This document shows, piece by piece, positions 26,241-38,480 of a stretch of 64,000 nt of DNA. Numbering within the stretch: position 1 is the first letter of the stretch; each line of letters begins with the position of its first letter. The notes under the pieces were generated by a model. That model did no database searches. It worked only from the letters and a program-made list of their open reading frames with translations, and was not told where the DNA came from. This DNA comes from the human T2T-CHM13v2.0 reference genome, Homo sapiens, in assembly GCF_009914755.1 (NCBI RefSeq), contig NC_060926.1. One strand, 5' to 3'. The translations under genes were made by a program, and so were the position numbers.

Positions 26241-29200
26241 ATTGATTTTGGTGTTTAGTAATTTGCTCACTGTCTCTCTGCCACCTGTTTATTGGTTATA
26301 GCATAATCACCCAAAAGACCTGCAAGTATTTGCTCAGAAATCTTAACAACCATGGGGTGATTAGAAAGAACAATGGACATTGGCCTGGACTTCTAAAAAA
26401 AAATGACAATGTGAACTAGGAGTAGTCTACCTTGAGTCTTGGTAAGCAGAAAATTGCAATACCTTTTTAGGACAAATGAGTTCCACAGTTTTAAGAAAAT
26501 CTTAGAATTAAATAAGTAAATGGTGTTTCTGCTGAGTTCTTGGCTATCATGGGCTAATCAGTATGCCTTCTAAGATGCCCATCTGCATATTTGGGCATAG
26601 GACTGCTCACACATTGAGACGAAGTTAGACTTCTGTTTGTCCCTAAGAATGTTCCTTACAGGCTTTGTTATAGATCATTGCAGATCCAGCTCCTTACTGG
26701 ATAAAGTTGATGAAGGATAAAGAAGGAAGATAGAACTTTATAGGGAGAATCAGGTGTTCAGTTGAGCAGTGAAAAAAAGGCATTACGGGAATTTGTGATC
26801 TAAATGCTATGAAAGCATATTTGACATCTCTTAGGGGGATTCTTTATCCTGTGACATAAAATTCCACCCCATGATCTGAAATTATTCCAAGTAAGTGGGG
26901 CAGAATAGACTAAGTAATCTTGTAATAGACAACCCTGACCCTCAATGGCTTAAGATAGCATAGACTTAATTTTTCTTCATAACTTTCCATTGAGAGTCCC
27001 AGGGTTACTTGGAAGCACCGGTTTCTCTCCACCATCCTCTCTGCAAGACTGATGAAGCGGCCACTATCTGGAATATGCCAGTATTTGTGGCTGAGGCAAA
27101 CAATGTGGCCAAACATGCACTAGCTTCTAAAGCTTTCATTGGAAAATGGCACATGCTTCCCCTAACATCCATGGACTAAAGAAAGTTTACCTGGATAGAA
27201 TTACGTTCAAGTACTTGTGGAAGTAAATCCTACATGGTGGGTGGAAGGAGAAAGAGCCAGGATATTTGTGAACTGTGTAGGGATTCACGCAGTGGGTAAA
27301 ATTTTGAGGTTTCTGTCTACCCTGAGACTTCAAAAAAAATTATTGGTGAAGTTGCTTTTTGCTATTTGATGAGGTGTCCTTTTGCTGTTCAGACTGGATA
27401 TTTGATTCCTCTTGTGTAGTTCTTCATTTTTCAGGAAGGAGTAGGGCAGGACCAATTTGTGCAACGATTTGAAGTTGAAGAGATGCAGTTTAAGGTCAAC
27501 ATATGACAGTTTTGTTGTTAGTTTTGTTGACAGTATACTCAATATCCTTTTATAATGAAGTCATTTTTCTCAGAAGCTCATGTTGGGTTGCAAAAAAATA
27601 TATAAAAGCAGCCTTATCTTCCACAGAGGAAATTTTAAAAATTATAATTCTTATACCACAGGCAACACCATTGTTTTTTGATCTCCGTGACTTCTGTTTT
27701 GCAACTCCAAGATATTAGGTTCTATAGCTTCTGAGAAGAGCTCATGAGTGTAGAAAGGTCTGAAAATATAATATGTTAGGCAAGCAATGTGTTTAGTAAA
27801 GAAATGGAGACAGAATGGGGAGGCCAAGGAGATGTCAAAGGTCACACAAGAAATAAGTTGAGCCCAAAGATTAGGTAAAATAGGAGAGGTCATGATGTTC
27901 TCGAAGGCCTGATTCAGAAGAGGCAAGAGGTGGGGAACTCAGTCAGTAGCACTGAGGAGCAAGACATGCCGAGGTGAGCCATTTTCCTAGGTCAAAAGGC
28001 AGAAGCCAGAACAAAAGGGAGACACCAGTCTTTCAGGCAGTCCTCCATGGGCAGGTGGCACTATCCTTCTTCTGCATCTTTCTGCACTTGCAGAGGACTG
28101 GCTCTAAGAGGACTAGTAGCCTGCAAAATAAGTTTGTATATTCTTGTAACAGGTTCACACATATGACAACTCCTCATTTATTTTTCTATATCAGCAGGTC
28201 TTCACATGGGCCATCCTTGTGATTCTCCTCCACTGATTAGCCCATATCTCAAGCTCAGCCTTTCTAAGTGATTCCCCTTTAGGCCACCCTTTTGAGGCAG
28301 TATGGTGATGTGGTCAGTGGGCATTCATGAGTCTATTCTCAAAGCTCCCAGTTAATTGATGTGTTCTGCTCCAGGGTTGCCCAGAAGGCAGGAGCAATAG
28401 ACCAGTGTCTTCTTAGTTGTATTGCCCAGCCATCTGGACCTTCTAGAGAATTCACTGCCAGGAACGCAGGACCATAGTCTAAAAACTGATTACTCCAAAC
28501 CAGCCATGAGCCACTTAGCAAGTGCTCACATCTCATGCCCTTTCAACACACATGCAGTGACCCCCATCCTCAGTGGAACCTGGCTCCATCTTGCTTTTGT
28601 TCCTTAATACACGCACCACTTCTGTTTCCAAGGAGCTACCATGCCTTCCCAATGCCATGGCTTGAGCAAGAGGATGATCCACTGGGTGATAGAATTTTAG
28701 GCCATTAATATACCGTCTCTGTCTTTTTTACCCCTCTCTGTTTCCTGTATGTTAAATGGAGATACTAATACCTTCCCCTCTTCTGGAAGACAAGAGAATA
28801 ATTGAATGAATTTAAATATTTAAACCACTTCCCCTGCCAAACAAAACACCAGAATGAGCAGCCTCAGAGAAAGCCCTAGACTAAGGCTCCCATCATTGTT
28901 GCCATCATCCTCGTCTTCTTTTCTCTTATTAATTAATCTCCAGACAGCTCAGAGCAGAAAACAAAGGGACCTTAGCTCTGACTGGAGTCAAGAATTTTCC
29001 TTTCTGTTTCTCCCATGCATCTCCTAAATACCCACCAGAGTCTAGCAGTGAGAGGGGCCTGCAATAAGGAACTGAAGCTCATGCTTTTTCCTTCACCTTT
29101 TTAAACCTTCCTTTAGGATCTGCAATTGGTGGAAAGATGAATTTGTAGGCCTGAGGTATTAACAACCAAACTGAATAAAGGCAGCCTTCCTGTGGAACCA

Positions 29201-29649
29201 AAGTTCACTTAATCGTGCCTTGGGCCTGGGTGAACACAAATGCTGTTCTTTAGCATTGACTCAGGGAAGCATCGCTTGCTTTTATAAGATTGTAAGACAA
29301 TGATGGAAGTAAAACAGCTCTTCTTCACCCCACTTAGGTAGGCCAGCTTTAGAATGGAGAACAAGGTGTGATTTTCAACCCATAATAGTATTAATTCAAA
29401 CTGACACAGCAAGGAAATCCATTTTTCAGGCTGCTATTTATTTCTTTTCTCTTATCAGTCAATCGCAAATATTTATTGAGCACTGTCTATGAGCTCAGCA
29501 TTGAAGGGGAAACAGAATAAGCACAAGAGATGACCTCTGCTTTTACCATTTAACATTTCCTTGGGGGAGACAAAGCTAACATTCATGGCCTAATAGAAAG
29601 AACACTTAACTGGAATCAGGAGATCTGTGGTCTTGTCACAGTCGGTTGA

Positions 29650-29840
29650 GTAGTATAGTGTGTGGTTAAGTGTAGAATGCCCTGGAATTGGGCTCTCAGA
29701 GCTATAAAATAAGGCACTGTCGTTAATTAGCAGTGAAACCTTGAGAGAATCCTATACCTCTCATCAATTTTTCTCATCTGTATAAAAGAAGTTAATAATA
29801 GTGCCCAACTCAAACGCTTGTCAAGAGCTTAAAGTTAAAA
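29650..29840 (+). mobile_element. MIR SINE
   Basis: agtatagtgtgtggttaag...ttttctcatctgtataaa...taataatagtgcc. Confidence 0.65.
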
Positions 29841-30536
29841 CTTGGCTAGCATTATATTTACGACACATTAAGTATGAGATATCATTCATTTAATATTTCA
29901 GACAAGCCTTTGAAAATCTCTGGGACAGAAAAGAGACCAGACTTGTGTTATATATTTCCTGTGCCCTAGAGACCAAATGGGGCACATCACATATGCATTT
30001 TTATACATCCCCACTAATGCCTTGTAAAGTGGGTTAGGGAGACATGAATAGGTTAAAATCATGACATGAATAGGTTAAAATTTTGTAAGGTCTGCTATTT
30101 GGTAAGAGACAAAGCTTAGTTCAAACTCTGATCTGAGTCAAAATCCTGTGCACTTTCTACTCTCCCATAGCCTCTCTGAATGTCAGTTTTCCCTGTGAGA
30201 AAATATTGGGATAGATCAAATGGGCTCTGAGTTCAGCTCTAAATTTTTGGATTCCACGTCATCCAATCTTCTAGTAAAACTGAATTTTAGATCAAGGGCA
30301 ATAAGGATGGGAGCACTGCATTCACAAGAGGCTTTTAGAAGTATTAATTAGGCCATGAAGAACCAGTAGAATTTGTTTATATGAAAGGAGACTACTTCTG
30401 CTAGGCATAAATATTAGAACAATGGTGGGAATGATAGGTAGGGAAGACAATATAAAAAATTATCCCTACCAAGAGGAGGCTGCTACTGAGGAAAGGTTGG
30501 AGAGAGGACTGTTTTCCTTCCTAATACCTTAATCTG

Positions 30537-31147
30537 CAGTTTCTCAATATCAGCACCATTGACATTTTAGGCCAGATAACCCTTTCTCCTGGGGACTGTC
30601 CTATGAATTGTGGGATGTTGATAGGGCTGAATTGTACCCCGCTCCCATCTAATTCATATGTTGAAGTTTTAGCCCCCAGCATGATCATACATGGAGATAG
30701 AGCCTTTGGGAGATAATAAGGTTTAGATGAGGTCATGAGGGTGGGGCACCTATGATGTGATTAGCGTCCTTATAGGAAGAGACAGGAGAGAGTTTATTTT
30801 CTCTCTACCTTGTGAGGACATAGCAAGAAGACTGCCATGGAAATGATTGAGAGGACCCTCACCAGAACCCAACCATGCTTGCACCCTGGACCTCCAGCCT
30901 CTAGAACTGGGAGAAAATAAAGTTCTGTTGTTTAAGCCACCCAGACTGTAGTATGACACTTGTTATGGCAGCCCAAGCAGGCTAAGCTGTTTAGCAGCAT
31001 CCCTGGCCTCTCCTCACTAGATACCAGTAGCATCCACCCAGTTATGACAACCAAAAATATATCCACACGTTGCCCAGTGCCCCTGGGGATAAATCACCTC
31101 AAGTTCTCTTAAGTTCACAATTTGAGAAGATCACTTGGGAACCACTG
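30537..31147. mobile_element. MER20 split by an MLT1A LTR
   Basis: cagtttctcaatatcagcaccattgacatttt...ggatgt | tgtttagcagcatccctggcctct...gaaccactg. Confidence 0.85.
30619..30987 (+). mobile_element. MLT1A MaLR solo LTR
   Basis: aattcatatgttgaag...ggtttagatgaggtcatgagggtgggg...tgttatggcagccc. Confidence 0.88.
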
Positions 31148-31182
31148 TCTTAACCTTGTCTTAATTCTAATTTAGGCCATGA

Positions 31183-31559
<377 letters not shown>

Positions 31560-31609
31560 CCGTTATTTGCAAGCTTAATATTGCTGCTTTAAATTTATGT
31601 TTGCCTAAT

Positions 31610-31798
31610 ATGGTTCTCAAACTTTCCTGTGTATAAGAGTCACCAAGGGGAACATAGTAAAATGCAGATATTTAGTCTTCTGTCCACCAAAAACTTGGTG
31701 TAGTGGTCTGCATTAGAACCAACAAATTTGATTTTTAACAAGCTCCTAACTCTGGTGATTCTGACACAGTCTAGGGACCCCTACTTTGAGAAGCACTG
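31610..31798. mobile_element. MER5-family MITE
   Basis: ggttctcaaacttt...aaaatgcagat...tttaacaagctcc...ggtgattctga...actttgagaagcactg. Confidence 0.78.
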
Positions 31799-31919
31799 AC
31801 ATTGTTGCTATAGTCAGTGTCAACCTTGACCTTACATGCATAGTAGAAAGACAGTGGCCTTGGGAACAAATAATTGTGGATTTAATCCTTTATTTTTTAT
31901 TTACTTGGGATTATGAAGT

Positions 31920-32152
31920 GAGCTGGCTAAGCATGTAGCCGTCAAGATCAGGTGCCCTAGTTTCAAAGCCTGGCTTCGTCTCTTATAGGATGTGTAGCAT
32001 TGGGTGAATCACTCAGCATTTCTATGCCTGGGCTTCCTTACCTGTAAAATGGGGAGTATTGTCAGTGCCTGCCTCATACATTGGCATTATGTATGACTGG
32101 ATACATGGCAAGACTCTGGTAATTGTTCCTGCATAATGTGTTCAATAAATGT
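31920..32152 (+). mobile_element. MIR SINE
   Basis: tgggtgaatcactcagcatttctatgcctgggcttccttacctgtaaaatgggg...tcaataaatg. Confidence 0.78.
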
Positions 32153-34540
32153 ATGGTGGTAGAGGCAAAGGTTAATTAAAAATAAGTGTGGACTGTTGCC
32201 ATAGCAGCCTTGTAAGGGCATTCTTGACTCTGTTAAGAATTCTTAATGCACTTAGCACAGGATTTTTCTGACTCCAGAGCTCCTATGAGTGACTTGGGAA
32301 GTTTGTAGAATGCATGTTCCCAGCTTCCTCCACTCAAGAGAGACTAATTCATTATGCCCCAGGTAAGGTTTAGGCTTGCATGTTTATAAAGCTATCCAGA
32401 TGAGTATGATGCAACCAACTCAGATACCACACATAGAAACACACTATCTTGAAGAAAATAGATTGTGTTATGTGCACACTCGACCTGCTTATTACATTGA
32501 TCTATTCAAGTGATAGACTATATGCTAGAATATAATCTTTTAAGTCTGTTCTCCACTGAATATCCCACATAGAGGTGATTACAAAACATCGCATGAATTC
32601 CTTGTTTTCATATTTGATACTTAAGCATTCTCTTTAGCTTCTAGTTTTCTTTGATATCCTTGGAAGCTTTCCAAATTGTGTTCTGGAAAAAAAAATCATG
32701 TAAGGCTTTTTTAAAAAGGGAGGAAGAAGACACTTCAGAAAGGATGTCACCCAGACTTAAAACCCTTTTCAACAGGACGTTTCAACAAGTTGGGTTGTGA
32801 ACTTGAGAAAATTAATTTTTGGAAATTCTTAAAGCAGTACAGACTCCTATTAAGGAAAAAATCTAGTAGTGTAGAAAACTAAAGGCCTGTCAGTATAAAT
32901 TTTCATTTCATCTTTATTCCTATTTTTTGGTGAAAATAAAATTTTTTCAGCAGAAAATAATTTTCTCCTTAGGGTTTTTTTGAGGAAAAAGATGGATTTT
33001 GCTTGTTAAAAAAAGAAGGCAAATGTATTCTGATTGCACCAACATTTCTTAACGTGCACTCCAAACTCTCCAGCTTTTTTCCCCATAAATTTGATGAGAA
33101 TTATGACCACCATGAATATGTTCACTATCAAAATCAAAGACATTGCCAAAAATAGGTAGAACTTAAGTGTTACTTCAGTTAAATGGTGATCTTATCACTG
33201 TGCTTGGTGTCATTTTTATTGTAACATAGTGGAATATTTTAGAAGGGAATGATTAGTAGTCCAGATTTTCTTCTGCAAGAGCTAGAGATTCTCTGATGTA
33301 GTTTTTCTGCTGTAGTACATTTTTTTCCAATGCCTTCAATCTATTACTTTTACCATTGCAAATCTTTTGGGTAATATGTGTAATGGGCGTACATTTGGTC
33401 CATGAAACTCAGGAGCAAGAATATCACTTGTTTTTATATTTATAAGGTATATAATTATAGCTGGCCACTTTCCAAAAGATCTGGCGTCTTATGGAAGTCT
33501 AGAAGCAAGCTTCTTGGTATGGGGTTGTTGTGTTATTTCTCTTACTCTAGGCCTGTGTGTGAGCAGCCACTCCATTCATACAAAATTGTGCATAGGTTAT
33601 AACAGAATGTCCTGTATGCACAGATGCTCTGATACTTCCTGCTGCAAGAGGAGAATGTTTATTAAGCCTAGTGGGGGAAAAGCTCCTAGTGGAATTATTC
33701 CTCCTTTCCTTCCTCTTATCTTGGGAAATCCCACTGTTCTTCCCCAGTCAGGCCCTTCCCTTCATCCTTCTCCCACGCTGGGATAACTTCCGTTTAATAA
33801 TCCCTTGATGTACCCAACCTTTCAAACAAACACATGGGTGGGAATTTTCTTTAGTTCACCCTTAGAAATCCAAATGTGCTGTTAACTTATGTGGAAGGTG
33901 GGAGGGTGGAGGGCATATTTAGGGATGAAGATGAGGTATGGCTGAGAAAGAACGCAGAAGCTTGCTCATTCTTCCAAGGAGAGGGCCAGGGTGAAACTAA
34001 TCTTTTCATCCTTACCTTTTTGAAAGAAGAACTAGACAGATAGCAATGTAACAATAGAATGTTCTCCCGAATATTTGTGGTAAAGTCTCCGATAACTAAA
34101 CTCAACAAATCAGAGCCTTTATTACTGCACTTAGTTCTGGAAGGAGTCCAATTACAACAAAGTAACTGGTATCAGATTCTTGCTTTAATAACACCTTTCC
34201 AGGAAGGCCCTGGGCTCTTTTCTAATTTGGCCCAATCACTGACGCCTTCTCCATCTTTGTCCTCAGATCCTTTGTGAAATCCCAGATTGTCTTCACTTAC
34301 TAAAGAAAGACAACCATTTCATTCAGCAGCCTGGATTTACTAAGCAAGGGAGGAGTGGGTATTTTAGGGTGATGCTTAGCAATAAGGGTGAATTTAATAT
34401 GTTCTCCGTTTCACTCTTAGCGACAATCTCAAAATCTTCAAATAGTTCAAAAAAATTAAACTGTTTTTGTTTCTGAGGAGCATTCAGCAAAATTGAAAAG
34501 TCAGTAGGATTTACTTTGATTCCTTTGTTTCGCCTAGCCT

Positions 34541-34710
34541 GTGTGTTTCTGAATCCTGACTACACATTAGCATTACCTGAGGAACTTCAAAAACTCCAAG
34601 CCTGGGTCTCACCCCTAGAGATGCTCATTCAGTCTGGGCTGGGGCCTGGGTGTCACTAATTTGAAGTCCTCCAGGTGATACTAATGTACAGCCAGGGCTC
34701 AGAACACCAG
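34541..34710. mobile_element. MER5A1-like MITE
   Basis: cctgactacacattagcattacctg...ctggggcctggg...ctccaggtgatactaatgtacagccagggctcagaac. Confidence 0.78.
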
Positions 34711-35208
34711 CTGCACTATTTGCATAAGTCTCCTTTCTTGTTAGCATTTATTTATTTATTTATACCCTGAATATCTTAGGACTGATTTTTTACAGGGTTA
34801 TGCTCTTAGTAGGCAAGGAGCTGATAAAATATCATGTATCCCAGGAGCCTGTATGTTAGCAGGGTCTTCAGAAAACCTGGAACCTAAATAATAATGGTGA
34901 AATGGTGGCTTGACAGGGCAGCGATATTGCCTTCATTTCCCCAGCTCTCCTTCCTTTCCTCCTTTTTCTCTATCTTTTCCTCCATTAATTTGAAAGGCAA
35001 TTCTTAAGGCATTCACACTCAAATTTCTGCCATATATTTGGTTAGCTACCTGTAGAGCTGATGCTAGGGGTCATGCTTTCTAAGGCATAGTCCTATGTAT
35101 CCCGACATTGATGATATGGGTTTGTACACGTAGTCTGAAATGTTTGATTAGCTACCCACAATCAGTAGCAGCCTGCTTAAGATATCAGAAGACCAAGAAG
35201 CAAAAATA

Positions 35209-35365
35209 GGCCAGGTGCAGTGGTTTAGGCCTGTAATCCTAGGACTCTGAGAGGCCGAGGCAGGAGGATCAGTTGAGCCCAAGAGTTTGAGGTTGTAGTG
35301 AGCTATGATCAATCATGCCACTGCACTCCAGCCTGGATGACAGAGCAAGACCCTGGTCTCTAAAA

Positions 35366-35401
<36 letters not shown>

Positions 35402-35404
35402 ATA
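35209..35404 (+). mobile_element. Monomeric Alu (FRAM-like) with a (TAAA)n tail
   Basis: Single arm ggccaggtgcagtgg...gaggttgtagtgagctatgatc...gcaagaccctg followed by (TAAA)n. Confidence 0.88.
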
Positions 35405-37230
35405 CACTAAATAAAATACACTTCTTGGTCTATTTTGTTATTGTAGCAGTAATATCTGTTCATTGCAAAAACATTAGAAAATGTAGATAAGTTAGAAAGA
35501 ACAAACCAAAAACCACCTGTAATATAGCTAGGGTTGCCTCTGGCTTTCCTTGTGTCTCCTTCTCTGTTTTCAAATAACTTTCTATACTTAAAATGATTTT
35601 TAATGGATCCTCCTCTTGGTACATGTTAAAACAGAGCCTCTGACTACATGTTCTGTAAGGCAGGAACATTTAAGATTTTAAGCCAACTTAGTACCTTTGA
35701 ATTCAAAACTTGTAGTTTCTTAGAACTCCATACATTAGAATGGCTGTGGAATTATCCAGTGATCAATAAGGATGTGAGTTTCAGAAAGCTTAACACAGAA
35801 CTAATCAGTGACAGAACTATAAATACAAAATCCAGGGTCACTAGGTTCTGGGGGCCATGTGCCTTTCTGTAGCTCACACTATGTGCTTGGTGTGTAGCCA
35901 AGTACAAGGGTGTCAGTTTAATCTGGGTCTGCAAGTGGTAAATTATGCTTTTTAAAGTATTTACTGTTGTTCTACACAGTAGAATGAGAAATGAGAGTTG
36001 ACTATATTCTTGACATGATCTGTGAAATAACGTGATTGTGGTTGAATTTCCTGGAAAATTTGAAGAATAAATTGATTATTCAAGGTGTGCATTGGTTTAT
36101 ACATATCTCCTCTTCTCTTAATGCAAAGCTATGATGTTAGGAATGTCCAAAGAAATTAGTCACAGAAACAATAATATTTAACCCAACATGTCACAAACCT
36201 TGATTTACAGAACACTAGTTCTTAAGATGTTAATAGATATTCCATAGAAAACTCTGGATTAAGTCAAATTAAAGAAACATTTTTCATAATTATAGGAGTA
36301 TCCTGGGTCTACAATAAGCTTATGGGCATTGTAAATCCCTGTATGAGACAAAGTATGCAAATTTCCTTGTTGTAACCATAATAGCTTTTTTTTTTTCCTT
36401 TTTAAAGGACCATTTATTACATCTTGAACAACTAGTATGGTTGTTCAGCCAGTTTAGAACATGCTGGTTTTATCTGGTTAGGCTTTGTGTTTTGGGAACA
36501 TCCAGAGAACATCTTCTAAAGGACAAAGATGTGCTGAGAGCATAAAGTTAACCTGTTGTAATTTAACCCAGGGAACAAAAGTGGATTTGTCATTTCTTCT
36601 CAAGGAATTCTTGTAGTAATTACCCTTGTCTGGAGTTGCTTACCTTACCCCTCCAAGTCTATCTTTTTTCTTGTGTTAGTGTCTCTTCTGAAAGTCCTAA
36701 CTTTAAAAAAGCAGAATATGATACCTCCTTTTTTACAAAACCAAAGGAGGGACATTCAGATGCTTCCTTGAATCTCCAGTTTCCAAGCTAGACAGTCTTA
36801 AAAGATTTTCAGAGGTGTCCAAAGTAATCAAAGTCTTCTTCTAAGAGCACTTGTTGATGGCAGAACTGTATTAGTCTATGGTTTATGGTGATTAAAATTT
36901 GATATAGTGCAGGCAAATCAATAGAATCACAGGGTTGGATGGTAATTTTCAGCAGTGGAACTTGAGAGGAACAATTCTATTTCTATTTCATAGTCTTTTT
37001 GTCTGTTTGTCTTAACCAAGTCTTCATTAATAACCTCCTGACCATTAAGGTGTCATTGTTTAAAAAAAAAAAGTACTTTTCCCTGTCTCATTTTGGAAGA
37101 AATATATACATACACTTACCTTTCTCTGAAAATATCTGGTGCATTATCCTTTGTGTGGCCTTCTCCCCCTCCCATGTGATTTTGTGCCACGGTGTGTAGG
37201 TGATTAAGAGTCATGTCTTATAATACTGAC

Positions 37231-37597
37231 TGATACGGTTTGGCTGTGTCCCCACCCAAATCTCATTTTGAATTGTATTTCCCATAATCCCCATGTCTCC
37301 TGGGAAGGACCCACTGGGAGGTTATTGAATCATGAGGGCAGTTACCCTCATGCCATTCTCATGATAGTGAGTGAGTTTTCATGAGATCTGATGGTTTTAT
37401 AAGGAGCTTTTCCCCCTTTGCTTGGCACTTCTCCTTTTTGCCACCATGTGAAGAAGGGCATATTTGTTTCCCCTTCTGCCATGATGGTAAGTTTCCTGAG
37501 GCCTCCCCAGCCCTGTGGAACTGTAAGTCAATTAAACCTTTATAAATTACCTAATCTCAAGGAGTTCTTTATAGCAGTGTGAGAGCAGACTAATACA
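37231..37597 (+). mobile_element. THE1 (C/D-like) solo LTR
   Basis: tgatacggtttggctgtgtccccacccaaatctca...gactaataca; perfect 5-bp TSD ctgac (37226-37230 / 37598-37602). Confidence 0.95.
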
Positions 37598-38129
37598 CTG
37601 ACCCCTGGCCTCATGTGCACATCCTATAGCAGATGCTTCCATGTTTTCATTGGACTAGACCTAGCTTCATGTCAAGAGACAGTTGTGAGAATCACTGCAT
37701 CAGGACTTGATATGTAATATATGGGTCAACCCTTTAATTTAGATTTGTTCTCTTAGATCAGGCAATAATTCAAATATGATTTGAGTAAAATATTTTATTT
37801 AATTTTGGGGGGATGAGGAAATGTTTGAGTCTTATTTGGGAATTAAGGAAAATATAGCCAAAATCAGAAGTTATTACAATCCAACATTCAAGAATTACAG
37901 ATTCCTTCATGCTGATGTCAGTTTCTCAGTCCAACATTTATTTTTTATCGGAAAAAAAAGATTTTTACATATATTTAAATCAGCATATACTAGAATAGGT
38001 TTAAGATAAGCATAAAGAGGAGGGCAAAAATAGAATTTGGACATAGAAAAAAATCCCTAAATCCAGAACATGAGGCTAGTTATATATCAAAGCATATTAA
38101 ATAGATGACTAATTATAACAATATTTAAG

Positions 38130-38480
38130 CTATATTTGGTTCTTTTGTCCCTGGCACTATACCAAGAACCTAGCAACCATACCACAAGATATTTATAAAT
38201 ACTATTATTTTCATTTTACAGATGAGGCAGCTGAACCTGTTACATTTCTTACCTGTGGTCATGAACCTAGTACATAATGCAATCAGGATTCACAGCTAGG
38301 TTTATTTAACTTCAGAGCCTGTTTACAGCTGTTGTGATATACTGTGGATCTCAGTTCATCCATCCATTTATTCAATCAACAAATATTCTTTGTGTCTCCT
38401 ATTTGACAGGCATTGTGCTAGGTACCATAAACATGGATGAGTAACACAGATGTGATCCCTGCTTCTGATGCATTTACAGA
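38130..38480 (-). mobile_element. MIR followed by an L2 3' fragment
   Basis: cattttacagatgaggcagctga (MIR); ttcatccatccatttattcaatcaacaaatatt...aggcattgtgctagg (L2). Confidence 0.72.
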
